Origin: a virus
Lineage: Duplodnaviria > Caudoviricetes
Reading direction: 5' to 3' (one strand)
DNA length: 64,000 nt
IMG/VR virus record: IMGVR_UViG_3300042013_000067
Span: 219,623-283,622 of that record
The translations under genes and the position numbers were made by a program. Each line of letters starts with the position of its first letter. Positions within the stretch are counted from its first letter, which is position 1. Below are positions 43,905-54,009 of this stretch, in pieces. The notes under the pieces were generated by a model. That model was not told the origin of the DNA, ran no database searches, and saw only the letters and a program-made list of their open reading frames with translations.

Positions 43905-46385
43905 ATGATTAAAGAATTCATTAAACGCGATGGTACAGTGGTACCGTTTGATGCAGGTAAAGCTCTTGGCTGGGGTAAATGGGGTGCCAAGGGTTTCGCT
44001 AAGTTCATCGACTGGCAGAAGATCGTTGTGGCAACTGTTGCACAGATGCCCGAGCGTTGCCATGCTAAAGAATTCAACAATGGTCTCATCCGCAATGCCC
44101 TGAGCGAAGATACTTGGGCTGGGCAGCTGATGGCTGGTCGTATCTACGCTACCGATATCCACAAAGAAGTGTTCGGTGGTAAGAAACGCATGACGCTGCG
44201 TGACGTTCACACGGTCATGCAAGCCGCAAACGTCCTGGTTGAGCTGAACTACTCCGAAGAAGAGTACGCGCAGATCGAGAAGTGGGTTGATCACGAGCGT
44301 GATTTCCACTGTGCGCATTACCAGCTCAAGCAGGGTCGCGACAAATATGCCCTGCGCAACCGCATCACCGGCCGTATCTACGAAACCCGTCAGCATGCGT
44401 TGGCACGGGTAGCGATGGTGGTTTGCGAACCACATGACCCGATCACCCGTATGGCACGTCTGGAGTCGTTCTACTCTGACCTCTGCAACGAGCGTCTGTC
44501 TGCACCTACGCCGAACCACAACAACATGGGTACTGGCCACAACGGCTTCTTCTCATGCTGCTTGTTTACCTGCAACGACACCAAAGAGTCCATTACGGCT
44601 TCTTCGGTGATTGCAGAAGTCATGACCTACATGTCCGCTGGTTTGGGCGAGAACATGCAGGTACGCTCCCTCGGTGATCCAATCCGTGGCGGTGGCATTA
44701 TCCATTCCGGCAAGATCCCTTACTACGGTAAGCAAACCGGTATCGTCAAATCGAACAAGCAAGGTAGCCGTGGCGGTAGCCTGAACGAGTTCTTCAGCGC
44801 CTACGACCCAGAAGTGGTCGACATCATGGTTCTGAAGAATCCACGGACCCCGATCAACAAGCGTAACCGTAGCATCGATTACACGATGATGCTCAACCGC
44901 TGGCTGCTGAAGAAGTCGGCTGAAGACAAGCAGGTATTCCTATTCAACATCTACACTGCACCGGATCTGTACCGTGCACTGTACGGCAAAGACCTCAATG
45001 AGTTCATTGCCATCTACGAGCGTTATGAACAAGACGACTCGTTCAAGAAGACCTGGATCTCGGCTCGCCAGCTGGTAGTTAACGCGCGTTCCGAAGGCTT
45101 CGAGACTGGTCGCTTCTATCTGGCCATGATCGATGAGATCAACTTCCACACGCCACACCGTGATCAAATCCTGTCGTCGAACCTGTGTGTTGAGGTCACT
45201 CAACCGACTTGGTACTACGATAACTTCATGGAGCTTAACAGCGACAAGTTCCTAGGCTTCATCAAGTTCAACACCACCGACAAGCAGGACGTGTTCCTCG
45301 ACTCGAACGAACCAGTCGAGATCAAAGGGTATCTAGGGGCTGTGGCCGCACTGGAACTTAAGGCAGGTGTTGAATACCGCAAGAAAGGTTCCTTCACTTA
45401 CCACCGTGTGACTGAAGTAATCGAGAAGCGTCAAGAGCCTGAAGTATCGCTCTGCGCACTAGCAGCAATAATCCCAACCAACATCCACACCGAAGAACAG
45501 TACGCTGAAACGGCATACAACGCACTGTACATGATCGACTACTGCATCGATCATAACCACTACGCATTGCCGCACATGAAGTTGACTGCTCAAGCGCGCC
45601 GTAACGCCGGTGTAGGCATGATGGACGTTGCGCACTACATGGCTCAGCGTCACCTGTCGTACACGTCTGTAGAGGGCATGCAGGAGCTTCACCGCATGGC
45701 CGAGCGTCATGCCTACCACCTGATCAACGCTTCGATCCGTTTGGGTCAAGAGCGTGGCAATGCTGAGTGGATCCACAAGACCGATTGGCCACGTGGTTGG
45801 ACTCCGCAGGCGACCTACAACCGTAACGTCGATGCACTGGCCCCGTTCGTTAACCAGTACGACTGGGTCGATGTATCTGCACGTCTGGTTGCACAAGGTG
45901 GTGGTCGTTTCAGTAGCCTGATCTGCTACATGCCTGGTGAGTCGTCGTCCAAGTACAGCGCCTGCACCAACTCGATCATGGACCTGCGTGAACTGTCGAT
46001 CACCAAGACCGACGGTGACAACTCGATGCTGTGGGTTGCACCAGAAGCAGACACTCTGAAAGAATGGTACTCCATCGCTTGGCTTAGGACGCGTCGTCAG
46101 CATTCCGAAACCTACGCGATCTTCCAGAAGTGGACTGACATGTCGATCTCGGCGGATTGGTATGCCACGTTCAAAGGTGACGAGAAGGTTAGCTCCAGTG
46201 ACCTGATCGAAGAAACCAACCATGCAGCGCAACTCGGGCAGAAGACTGTGTACTACACCAACAGTGATTCGTCTGACAAAGAAGCGCTGGCCGGGGTGAT
46301 GACACGGGTACGTCGTGAAGTGGCCGAAGACGATGGTCTCGACACTAGCGGTCCTGTGTGCACCTCTGGCGGATGCTCCGTCTAA
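43905..46385 (+). CDS. nrdA: ribonucleotide reductase class Ia alpha subunit
   Basis: IKRDG ATP-cone-like start, SCC, QGSRGG, SNLCVE catalytic motif, MPGESSS, C-terminal CTSGGC redox pair. Confidence 0.95.
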   Translation: MIKEFIKRDGTVVPFDAGKALGWGKWGAKGFAKFIDWQKIVVATVAQMPERCHAKEFNNGLIRNALSEDTWAGQLMAGRIYATDIHKEVFGGKKRMTLRDVHTVMQAANVLVELNYSEEEYAQIEKWVDHERDFHCAHYQLKQGRDKYALRNRITGRIYETRQHALARVAMVVCEPHDPITRMARLESFYSDLCNERLSAPTPNHNNMGTGHNGFFSCCLFTCNDTKESITASSVIAEVMTYMSAGLGENMQVRSLGDPIRGGGIIHSGKIPYYGKQTGIVKSNKQGSRGGSLNEFFSAYDPEVVDIMVLKNPRTPINKRNRSIDYTMMLNRWLLKKSAEDKQVFLFNIYTAPDLYRALYGKDLNEFIAIYERYEQDDSFKKTWISARQLVVNARSEGFETGRFYLAMIDEINFHTPHRDQILSSNLCVEVTQPTWYYDNFMELNSDKFLGFIKFNTTDKQDVFLDSNEPVEIKGYLGAVAALELKAGVEYRKKGSFTYHRVTEVIEKRQEPEVSLCALAAIIPTNIHTEEQYAETAYNALYMIDYCIDHNHYALPHMKLTAQARRNAGVGMMDVAHYMAQRHLSYTSVEGMQELHRMAERHAYHLINASIRLGQERGNAEWIHKTDWPRGWTPQATYNRNVDALAPFVNQYDWVDVSARLVAQGGGRFSSLICYMPGESSSKYSACTNSIMDLRELSITKTDGDNSMLWVAPEADTLKEWYSIAWLRTRRQHSETYAIFQKWTDMSISADWYATFKGDEKVSSSDLIEETNHAAQLGQKTVYYTNSDSSDKEALAGVMTRVRREVAEDDGLDTSGPVCTSGGCSV

Positions 46386-46392
46386 CTGTTCA

Positions 46393-46420
46393 GGCATAGC
46401 CGGTGTCACCCACCGGCTTT
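46393..46420 (+). terminator. hairpin between nrdA and nrdB (family)
   Basis: GGCATAGCCGGTG-tcacc-CACCGGCT. Confidence 0.55.
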
Positions 46421-46451
46421 CACTCCAATCTTTAAATAGACGACATCCACT

Positions 46452-47636
46452 ATGTCCAATATGAATGAAGCTGCACTAGTACCCGTGGCACAATTTGATC
46501 GTAACATCTTCAACGCCGAGAAACAGAACTATGGCGATAGCGCCTTGTTCTTGGGTGAACCAGCTGGCCTGCTCGATACCGTGAATGATCCCCACCCTAA
46601 ATTGTGGGACTTCTGGCGTAGCTTGCGTGGTCTGGACTGGGACACCAACGAGTTCGACTTCAGTCCATGCATGCTGGAATTCAAACAGCAGGGCAAAGAG
46701 CAACAAGCCATTGCACAAGCCATGATCCAGAACTTGGGTTGGCAGTGGGAAGGCGACACCGTGGCTGCCAACAGCATCATGGCTGTGGGTGGTCATTTCG
46801 TTACCAGCTCTGCGCTTAAGGTTGTGTGGGACCAGATCGTCGCCAACGAGAACCTGCATGCCACCACATACTCCGAAATCGTCCGTTACAGCTTCGATGC
46901 ACCGAACGCTGTACTGGAAGAAGTGCTGGGCATCAAAGAAGCCATGTCGCGTATGGAAACCATCGGTCGTGTGATGGGTGAATCCTATCGCGTCGGTCTG
47001 CGTGTTTCCCAAGGTCTGCTGGATCGTAACTCCGACGAAGCCTACCGTGCCGCGTTCATGTTCACTGTTGCACTGTTCTTGCTGGAACGTGTGAACTTCA
47101 TGGGTTCGTTCGCGGTAACCGGCGGTATCGCACAGACTGGTGCGTACATGCCAATCTGCAAAGCGGTACAGCGTATTGCACAAGACGAAGCCGAGATCCA
47201 CGTAAACGTCGGCAAGTATGTGCTCCAGTACGAAATGTCCACCCCGCGTGGTCGTGCTTGCTGGAAAGCTAACCGTCACCTGCTCGATGAAATGGCGCTG
47301 GAAGTGCGTGCTTCTGAAATGCGCTGGCGTAACTTCCAACGCGACTCTGGTTCTATCGTGCCAGGCGTGGGTTGGGACGAGATCGGCTCCTACATCAACT
47401 TCAACGTGGCTGATGCTCTGGATGTACTGGAACGCCCAGTGGACTTTAAAGCCCCACTGGAAATGCCACTGTCTTACATGACCAAGTGGCTCGACGTTGC
47501 AGCGACCCAAGCATCGCCACAAGAACAAGACAATGGTCAGTATCGTGTGAACGTAGTTCGTCACGACGACCATGGTTTGGTATTCCCATTCGAACTCCAA
47601 CGTCCGAAGTCCAACGCTATCTGGTTGCCTCGCTGA
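46452..47636 (+). CDS. nrdB: ribonucleotide reductase class Ia beta subunit
   Basis: WEGD, ENLHATTY (E/H ligands and radical Tyr), LERVNFMGSF, DEAEIH. Confidence 0.95.
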   Translation: MSNMNEAALVPVAQFDRNIFNAEKQNYGDSALFLGEPAGLLDTVNDPHPKLWDFWRSLRGLDWDTNEFDFSPCMLEFKQQGKEQQAIAQAMIQNLGWQWEGDTVAANSIMAVGGHFVTSSALKVVWDQIVANENLHATTYSEIVRYSFDAPNAVLEEVLGIKEAMSRMETIGRVMGESYRVGLRVSQGLLDRNSDEAYRAAFMFTVALFLLERVNFMGSFAVTGGIAQTGAYMPICKAVQRIAQDEAEIHVNVGKYVLQYEMSTPRGRACWKANRHLLDEMALEVRASEMRWRNFQRDSGSIVPGVGWDEIGSYINFNVADALDVLERPVDFKAPLEMPLSYMTKWLDVAATQASPQEQDNGQYRVNVVRHDDHGLVFPFELQRPKSNAIWLPR

Positions 47637-47638
47637 CG

Positions 47639-47676
47639 GACATAGGCCCCTCCCGCAGTAGGAGGGGCCTTATGCC
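47639..47676. terminator. bidirectional hairpin (family)
   Basis: GACATAGGCCCCTCC-cgcagta-GGAGGGGCCTTATGCC between convergent nrdB and terminase. Confidence 0.85.
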
Positions 47677-47677
47677 G

Positions 47678-49858
47678 TTAAGCAGCTCTTCGGAAGTTAG
47701 CGTATGGAGTCGGGGTGTTGAAGCGATTCATCCGCGACTGCCGTGCACGTTCGTCGGTAGCTTGTTTGATCATGGCGTCGATACCTACACCACCGGATTC
47801 TTCACCGAAGTCGATTTCCTGAGACAGACGACGCAGTTGCATCTCGATCCTGGACAACGACATCTGATCCTTCGTAGTCTTGAGGAGTTCCAGCAAGTTC
47901 TCGAAGACTTCGCGTAGCTCCGCATTACGAGCCATCCGGCGACGGTCGATAGGCTTAACGTTCTCGTCAATAACCCGAGCACGACACAACACCGAACCCG
48001 GTGCGATGCCATAGTGGTTGAGGTTCTGGCCTTTAGTAACGAACCAGTGAGCCAGCAGGTAAGAGATGACCAAGTCGTCGTGTGCGCCTTTGGCGTGATC
48101 CACACGACCGTCTTTCACGATCAGTGTGAAGAACTCGTTGATCAGCTCCTTGTCACGGATCGCATGGGCACCGTAACGTACGGCCGACATCATAGTCTCG
48201 CCGTACAGGCTATCACGAGCGTGACGACCCGAACTGGAGGTGTTGAAGCCGAAGTAGCGTTTGTAAGGAGTATAGAAGCTGATCTGACGTTGCGATACCG
48301 GCATCTGCAAACGACGGAACTCATCTTGGAACTCATCGCGCTCATCCACAATGCGGTTGTAGATACGGCGGAACGGATCGATACCCATGGTGTTGAGGAT
48401 AATGATCAAGCTATCGAGGATCGACAGACCAGTAGACTTACGTTCGAACATGTAAGTAATGTTCGGGTATTTGACCAAGAGGTCAGCGATGAAGTTTGCA
48501 TATTGTTCGATGTTGGTTTCGTTGACACGGCAAGCCATCAGGATCTCTGCTGTTTCAACATCGATCAGAGTCATACCCATGGCGTCGTTATCACCACCCA
48601 GGCCTTCCGATGGGTCCAAAGACAGCACAGTGCGACTGGTGGCCATGCGGTGTGCCAGTTCGTCTTCACGGACGTACCAGCGCAGTACATAACGGTAGCC
48701 GTTGATCTCGGTGTACAGCGGTTCGAGTTCAGACTTGGCAATACGTGCACGGGTCTCTTCATCGAATGGCGAGCCAGTCGAGTCAGCCGTCCAGATGTTG
48801 AAGTAATCTCGGTCAGCCAGTTCCCCAGACGATGCCGAGTCTCGCAGTTTCTGCAAGAGCCACTCATCCGACATACCCAGCTGTCTGTGGTTGAATGCAC
48901 CGTAGATCAGTGGCTTAAGTCCGGTAGCGCCTTTCTCCACCACTTCATGGAGTACTTGTTCATTAGGCAGGTCGAAGTAGTGCTCAGACCAGATAGCCCC
49001 AGTAGTCATGAAGCCATGCGCCCAGCGACCGTCACGCGTCAGGATCGAGCCTGGAGTCGTCGTGAAGATGTTGCCGTACGGTTGGTTAGCTTCTTTAGCT
49101 TGGTCACGTGCAGCCGAAGCCGAGGACAGGGCTACCGGCAGCGATACACCGATCAAGTTGATGTAGGGTACTTCGTCGAACTGCATGATCGGTACAGTCA
49201 TACCACGACCGAGTTTGTCGGCAGCGATCTTGTCGTTTCGACCCACAGCAGTTTTGTACTTGTTGTTCAAACGGATGCAGGTCAACAGATCGTTGTTGTC
49301 AGCATCGTTCGGGTTGTGTGGGTGGATATAGTCGGGCATCAAGTCCCGGATCTCTTTCATCCGTTCCACGTTGTTGTTCTTGAGCTTGGTATCCTTCGTG
49401 ATCAAGTTGATCGTGGTGTTCGAAGCCCAGATGTAAATCAGTGGTGCAGTCAAGGAGTCAGTCGAACCTGACTTACCCGTCTGACGTGGCTGGATCAGGG
49501 CGAAATCAACGTGGTTGAAGAAGCTCCAATATAACGCAATATTACCCCGGTTAGCTTTAAAGCGAATAGGTACTGTACCGGAGTTGGATGGGAGCAGTGC
49601 AACCTCACGGAAGTAATACCATGGATTGAAGCGACACTCCATGGCGATCTTCATCTTGACTTCGGCCGACAGCGTCGGATCGCGTGGGTCGATACCAGAG
49701 AGCTCCGGCTGGAGCAATGCTAGTGGGAATTCACAGTTCTCCACACCCATCTTCTTGTAAAGTTTTACAAGGCGGAGAAACGATTTATTGGTAGTGTTAT
49801 AGTCGACTACCGCCGTGGGGAAGCGAGCCCAGTCGGATTTGAAAAGGATTAAATCCAC
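47678..49858 (-). CDS. terL: terminase large subunit (phiKZ-like)
   Basis: PRQTGKS Walker A, IMQFDE Walker B, LSLDPSEG and HDDLV nuclease acidic motifs. Confidence 0.88.
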   Translation of the reverse strand: MDLILFKSDWARFPTAVVDYNTTNKSFLRLVKLYKKMGVENCEFPLALLQPELSGIDPRDPTLSAEVKMKIAMECRFNPWYYFREVALLPSNSGTVPIRFKANRGNIALYWSFFNHVDFALIQPRQTGKSGSTDSLTAPLIYIWASNTTINLITKDTKLKNNNVERMKEIRDLMPDYIHPHNPNDADNNDLLTCIRLNNKYKTAVGRNDKIAADKLGRGMTVPIMQFDEVPYINLIGVSLPVALSSASAARDQAKEANQPYGNIFTTTPGSILTRDGRWAHGFMTTGAIWSEHYFDLPNEQVLHEVVEKGATGLKPLIYGAFNHRQLGMSDEWLLQKLRDSASSGELADRDYFNIWTADSTGSPFDEETRARIAKSELEPLYTEINGYRYVLRWYVREDELAHRMATSRTVLSLDPSEGLGGDNDAMGMTLIDVETAEILMACRVNETNIEQYANFIADLLVKYPNITYMFERKSTGLSILDSLIIILNTMGIDPFRRIYNRIVDERDEFQDEFRRLQMPVSQRQISFYTPYKRYFGFNTSSSGRHARDSLYGETMMSAVRYGAHAIRDKELINEFFTLIVKDGRVDHAKGAHDDLVISYLLAHWFVTKGQNLNHYGIAPGSVLCRARVIDENVKPIDRRRMARNAELREVFENLLELLKTTKDQMSLSRIEMQLRRLSQEIDFGEESGGVGIDAMIKQATDERARQSRMNRFNTPTPYANFRRAA

Positions 49859-49966
49859 ATGTCCATCCTCGGAAATTTATAGTTTTGCCCTAAGCGGAAT
49901 AAAAGAAAAAAGGGCGGTTATACTCTATACAATTACCGGGACACTTGATTCCACTGTATTTAAGAC

Positions 49967-49985
49967 CTATATCGTGCTGATGAAT
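49967..49985 (+). promoter_or_regulatory. early-type promoter motif
   Basis: CTATATCGT-gctg-ATGAAT, followed by GGAG/CTCC hairpin, at start of plus block. Confidence 0.6.
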
Positions 49986-50028
49986 CTGGAGCAATTAACT
50001 CCATACATCCCCTTTAAGGAGAAACAAC

Positions 50029-50673
50029 ATGATTACTAAAACCGATCTGCTGGCCATGCAAAACCAAGTGCTGGCTTATGGTCCCGACGAACGGATCGCA
50101 CTCAGCGACGCTTCCGGGCTGCTTTACCATGGCATCGTTAAGTCCGCTGAAAACGGGCACTTCGATGTCAGTGCCACGTTGTTTGCTGCTATCGTTGCTG
50201 CTACGGGTAATCACGTAGCGCTTATCGACGGTCAGCGTATGACGCGGATAGGTGACCGCATTACGATCTCGGAAGGTACACACCTTGACATCGTTAAAGT
50301 CGATGGCTTGGCAATGTACACGACAGAGAGTATGCGTGTGCGGTATGAGCTGAAGGGTCGTGGTGTACGTCCGTTTGCGAGCACCCATGCTCGCTTTGCG
50401 TACGACCTCGGCCAGCTTCAGGCGAAGCTCGACAATCCGCCAGCAGCGGAACCGAGTGCGCCTGTAGCACCAGCGGAGCCTGACTTCGGTGTTCTGACGG
50501 AAGCTGAGACAGCTTTCCTAGAACGCTATAAGCGGGCTGACTGGTACTACAGCTACAGCGATGACCCGCGTGTGTATCGCGCCGGTAAGGCTGAATGTGA
50601 GGCTCTTGAGCAAGAGTCCCGTGAGCATGGTGGCAAGTATGCTGCTATCCACCAGCATTACAGCAATCGCTGA
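50029..50673 (+). CDS. hypothetical protein with C-terminal DWYY.YSDD domain
   Basis: TAAGGAG SD; ADWYYSYSDDPRVYRAG motif typical of a small phage helical domain. Confidence 0.85.
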   Translation: MITKTDLLAMQNQVLAYGPDERIALSDASGLLYHGIVKSAENGHFDVSATLFAAIVAATGNHVALIDGQRMTRIGDRITISEGTHLDIVKVDGLAMYTTESMRVRYELKGRGVRPFASTHARFAYDLGQLQAKLDNPPAAEPSAPVAPAEPDFGVLTEAETAFLERYKRADWYYSYSDDPRVYRAGKAECEALEQESREHGGKYAAIHQHYSNR

Positions 50674-50731
50674 TCAACACCGGGGGGTTAGCCACCCCCA
50701 CCCACCACTATCCCTTTTCAGGAATAAAGCC

Positions 50732-51043
50732 ATGACTATCAAACACGTAATGCAACCACAACAGTTCAACCAAGAACAACACATGCAGATGCGCACTGAC
50801 AGCTTTATGACAGCTGACCGTCGTGTGTACCTGTTTGAAGGTGCTACCGTATTAGTCGATACCAAGACTAACACCATCACCGAGATTACTCGCGTGCAGG
50901 GTATGTCGTTCGATCCAATGATCGCGATCAAGCGTATTGCGTACTATCTCGGCTTCGTCTACTATAACGGCGAACGTCACGAGCTGGATATCAAACAGCC
51001 AAACCGTGGCCTGTTCCAGAAGCTGTTCGGTATCTTCGCTTAA
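50732..51043 (+). CDS. hypothetical protein
   Basis: AGGA SD before ATG 50732 (start revised). Confidence 0.8.
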   Translation: MTIKHVMQPQQFNQEQHMQMRTDSFMTADRRVYLFEGATVLVDTKTNTITEITRVQGMSFDPMIAIKRIAYYLGFVYYNGERHELDIKQPNRGLFQKLFGIFA

Positions 51044-51069
51044 CCACCACTCCTTTAAGGAATGTCACA

Positions 51070-51513
51070 ATGCAGTTCGCCACTCAGAAAGATTGCTTGA
51101 AGTTCTTCAACATGTCGATGATCGAACACAATCATCGGGAACACATGGAGTACAACGAGATGTGTCGCCATGCTGTCACTGTCGGTGATCAACCACATGT
51201 CGTGGTAACTGGGCTCTGTGGCGATATCTTCATCTTCGCTCCTGTGAAGAAACCCAAGGTCACTCGACCAGTAGGTTGGAAACTGGTCATCGATGGCGCA
51301 GTGCATGACGGTGCTGGTCCTGAGCCAATGACCAAACGTGCCTTGGCACTGTTTGAACTGGCGGTGACTAAAGGCTTCACCCCAATAGCGTTCCTTGCTT
51401 GCATCAGTGAGCATCGAACCTGCGGGCTGGCTCCTGAGGAAAAGGACGACTTCGACGAGGCTTACCTCGAAGAGCTCGACCATCTTCAAGCCATGCTCGA
51501 ATTTTTGGTGTAA
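51070..51513 (+). CDS. hypothetical protein (147 aa)
   Basis: TAAGGA SD. Confidence 0.8.
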   Translation: MQFATQKDCLKFFNMSMIEHNHREHMEYNEMCRHAVTVGDQPHVVVTGLCGDIFIFAPVKKPKVTRPVGWKLVIDGAVHDGAGPEPMTKRALALFELAVTKGFTPIAFLACISEHRTCGLAPEEKDDFDEAYLEELDHLQAMLEFLV

Positions 51514-51600
51514 ACAAACCGGGGCTGACAACCCCGGCTTTCTTTTCTGTGTCCCTTCCTTTTTTAACGCAACACCCAACCACTCTCTTGGAGAATAACC

Positions 51601-52239
51601 ATGACTATCCATGCCCGTATCGATTCCAGCAAACTGAGTAACCTGCGTCAAATCAACAGCAACCGTGCTGAGTACAATGGCCGGCAGATCGACTACACCA
51701 CTACGTTCACGAATCACCTAGAAATCCGGGCGATTCGTGAACCGAATGGCCACACCATCAGTGCCCGTGAACTGCAACAATGGCCTGACTTCCGTATCGC
51801 TCAAGACGAAGCGATCATGGCGCTGTTTGCTTCTAACAAGAAGTGGACATCGCTGAAGTTTGGTATCGAAACACACAAGGTTGATCTACAGGTGGTGCAA
51901 GGCCACACCGAACCTCAGGCCACCGAAGACTTGGCACATTTGCTGTACGCAATTGAACTGATGGGTAGTGGGTTTGCCTATGAGTCCGGCGGTATCTTCA
52001 GTGAGATCCGTAGCATCAGCTACCATGACGCCATCAACATGGCCAGTGGTGGCAGCGCAGCCAACCTGCGTGTGAAGGTGCGTTTGGGTAACCTCGAAAT
52101 GTGGTGTCCGATTCTGGACGTGGTAGCAAATATCCCGCGTCAACTGCGTCCGACGGTATCGGATTCCACCTATGCTACGGCAGGTGAAACCATTGCCCGC
52201 ATCGTGGGCATTGGCATGGCTGCACTCCTGCGTCGTTAA
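51601..52239 (+). CDS. hypothetical protein (212 aa)
   Basis: GGAG SD, after terminator at about 51519-51548. Confidence 0.85.
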   Translation: MTIHARIDSSKLSNLRQINSNRAEYNGRQIDYTTTFTNHLEIRAIREPNGHTISARELQQWPDFRIAQDEAIMALFASNKKWTSLKFGIETHKVDLQVVQGHTEPQATEDLAHLLYAIELMGSGFAYESGGIFSEIRSISYHDAINMASGGSAANLRVKVRLGNLEMWCPILDVVANIPRQLRPTVSDSTYATAGETIARIVGIGMAALLRR

Positions 52240-52317
52240 GACGTGGGTTTGCAGTAGACAACATACACCCTCCCCGCTATGGGGAGGGCTCTCTTTCTCC
52301 TTTTAAGGAAAACTGTA

Positions 52318-52692
52318 ATGCGTATTGTAAATCACGAAGCTTTCATGGCCTTACCACAAGGCACTGTTTATGCCCGTCACTCGGGTGGTAATTTCGGTGA
52401 GTTCGAAATCAAGCTAGAGAACACCGGTCCTAACCGCTGGCAGTTCTTCATCGTAGCGCCTGCCAACATCGAACTGGATGATAGTGGCGATTACTTCGAG
52501 ACCCTGAAGAACGCTACCCAGCCTGACGGCGGTACTGGCATGGCCTTCAACAATCACTACAATGAAGACCCTGATAACACAGACTTCGTTGGTAAGCTGA
52601 ACACCGAGTACGAGTACGCGATCTTCTCGGACTGGGATGTGCAGAACATGATCTTGCTGTTCCAGAAGTTCCTCCCTAAAAGCCTGTCCTAA
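52318..52692 (+). CDS. conserved phage hypothetical protein
   Basis: MRIVN.EAF.ALP.GTVY N-terminus; TAAGGA SD (start revised). Confidence 0.8.
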   Translation: MRIVNHEAFMALPQGTVYARHSGGNFGEFEIKLENTGPNRWQFFIVAPANIELDDSGDYFETLKNATQPDGGTGMAFNNHYNEDPDNTDFVGKLNTEYEYAIFSDWDVQNMILLFQKFLPKSLS

Positions 52693-52704
52693 GGAAACTT
52701 AAGG

Positions 52705-52723
52705 CTATATCACGTTAGTGAAT
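52705..52723 (+). promoter_or_regulatory. early-type promoter motif
   Basis: CTATATCAC-gtta-GTGAAT. Confidence 0.65.
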
Positions 52724-52749
52724 TATTAACCCTTTTAAGGAGTAACCCC

Positions 52750-53226
52750 GTGGCGAATGAAAAACCTCAGTTCTTGGGCCTGGACTGGCAGACTGTCGAC
52801 CTGCAAAATCTCGAAGGCTCGATTAAGCCTTGGTGTGATGAGCGACGTAACCTACTCACCGGGCTGCGTTACTTCATTTTGATCCAAGACCGTGATGGCG
52901 GTGGCTATGAGGTCATCCAGAACAACAAGGCATGGCCCCTGCTGCGCAAGGTATCACTGGGCTATGTTAGTGCATATCTCAAACGTAAGTACGGACAGTC
53001 GAAGGTTGCAGCCAACATCAATGTGTGGATTTCGACTGATGACCATACCTTCTGGAAACAGGAGTTGGAAAACGCACTGATCGGTCAGTGGGCTAACAAA
53101 GAAGCCGAAGCTGTCCGTGCGCGTAAACTCGGCGAGTGGCTTACCGATCAACCGGATCGCCAGCAGCACTGGCACAAAACAGCGCCAGATGCTTTGGCCT
53201 GGCTCAAAGAAAACAACTACTGTTAA
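52750..53226 (+). CDS. hypothetical Trp-rich protein (158 aa)
   Basis: TAAGGAG SD, GTG start. Confidence 0.85.
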   Translation: MANEKPQFLGLDWQTVDLQNLEGSIKPWCDERRNLLTGLRYFILIQDRDGGGYEVIQNNKAWPLLRKVSLGYVSAYLKRKYGQSKVAANINVWISTDDHTFWKQELENALIGQWANKEAEAVRARKLGEWLTDQPDRQQHWHKTAPDALAWLKENNYC

Positions 53227-53257
53227 TCATAACACCACCCCTGTAAGGAGTAAGACA

Positions 53258-53554
53258 ATGAACCTCGGTAAAAATATCCTGCAAGACTTCCAACCATTCG
53301 TGGATGCTATCTTGGCTGACGCTATGGAACATCAGGACTGGCCGGATGACGCGGTGTTCAAAGTGAGCTATCGCACCCAGTGCTGGCCATGCGGCTTCGG
53401 TGACACCCGCCATGTTTACTTCACCACCAAGGCTGAACTCAAGATCTGGGAAGTGGGGTACAGCAAGTGGGCATCGCAAGATGGCAATAGTGTCGAATAT
53501 ACCAGCTACGAGTGGGACCTAGGTCCTCGGGTTATTCAACACAACTGGTTCTGA
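53258..53554 (+). CDS. hypothetical protein
   Basis: TAAGGAG SD before ATG 53258 (start revised). Confidence 0.8.
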   Translation: MNLGKNILQDFQPFVDAILADAMEHQDWPDDAVFKVSYRTQCWPCGFGDTRHVYFTTKAELKIWEVGYSKWASQDGNSVEYTSYEWDLGPRVIQHNWF

Positions 53555-53611
53555 TACATGGCCTACCCTACGAGGTAGGCCTTCACTTTTTAACTGTTTA
53601 GAGCACACACC

Positions 53612-53944
53612 ATGACTGATAAATTTGTAGCCCCCATTACGTTCGGAATTAATAAGCTGGGTAACCCATTTTTCTACATCAGTGACGCGATAGCGGACAG
53701 CGACGATGCCAGTGCCACTGCGATAGAATGGGCGTATGATCTGGTCAAAGAAGATGAGGATGAGCACTACATGAAGCTTACCTTGGATATACCCGCGTCA
53801 GTCATGGAAGTCTTGGATGTCTACAATGAAGGTTCTCCGGAGGAAATCATCATCTCCACTGAGTATAAGTCAAAGCTAGATGTGCTTCGTACACAACTGA
53901 TGGACTCGATAAAATTATTCGACCGTGTACAGTGGCGTGAGTAA
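53612..53944 (+). CDS. acidic hypothetical protein (110 aa)
   Basis: About 23 D/E versus 10 K/R; flanked by hairpins. Confidence 0.75.
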   Translation: MTDKFVAPITFGINKLGNPFFYISDAIADSDDASATAIEWAYDLVKEDEDEHYMKLTLDIPASVMEVLDVYNEGSPEEIIISTEYKSKLDVLRTQLMDSIKLFDRVQWRE

Positions 53945-54009
53945 TAGTTATACCCCCTACCCTAATCAGGTAGGGGATTTTATTTCGTTTCGTTTATGGG
54001 TACATCGTC

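Noticed and set aside
48014-49471. Long antisense ORFs (also 59615-60838, 46476-47600, 45459-46409, 17586-18449, 43731-44540)
   Set aside because: They shadow well-supported genes on the opposite strand; expected from codon bias, with V/H/D/Q-rich composition and no SD or motifs
43905-49858. Inteins or introns in nrdA, nrdB, terL or ligA
   Set aside because: ORFs are continuous, with no C/S...HN-C/S/T splice junctions or LAGLIDADG blocks; the nrdA insert is kept only as a weak finding
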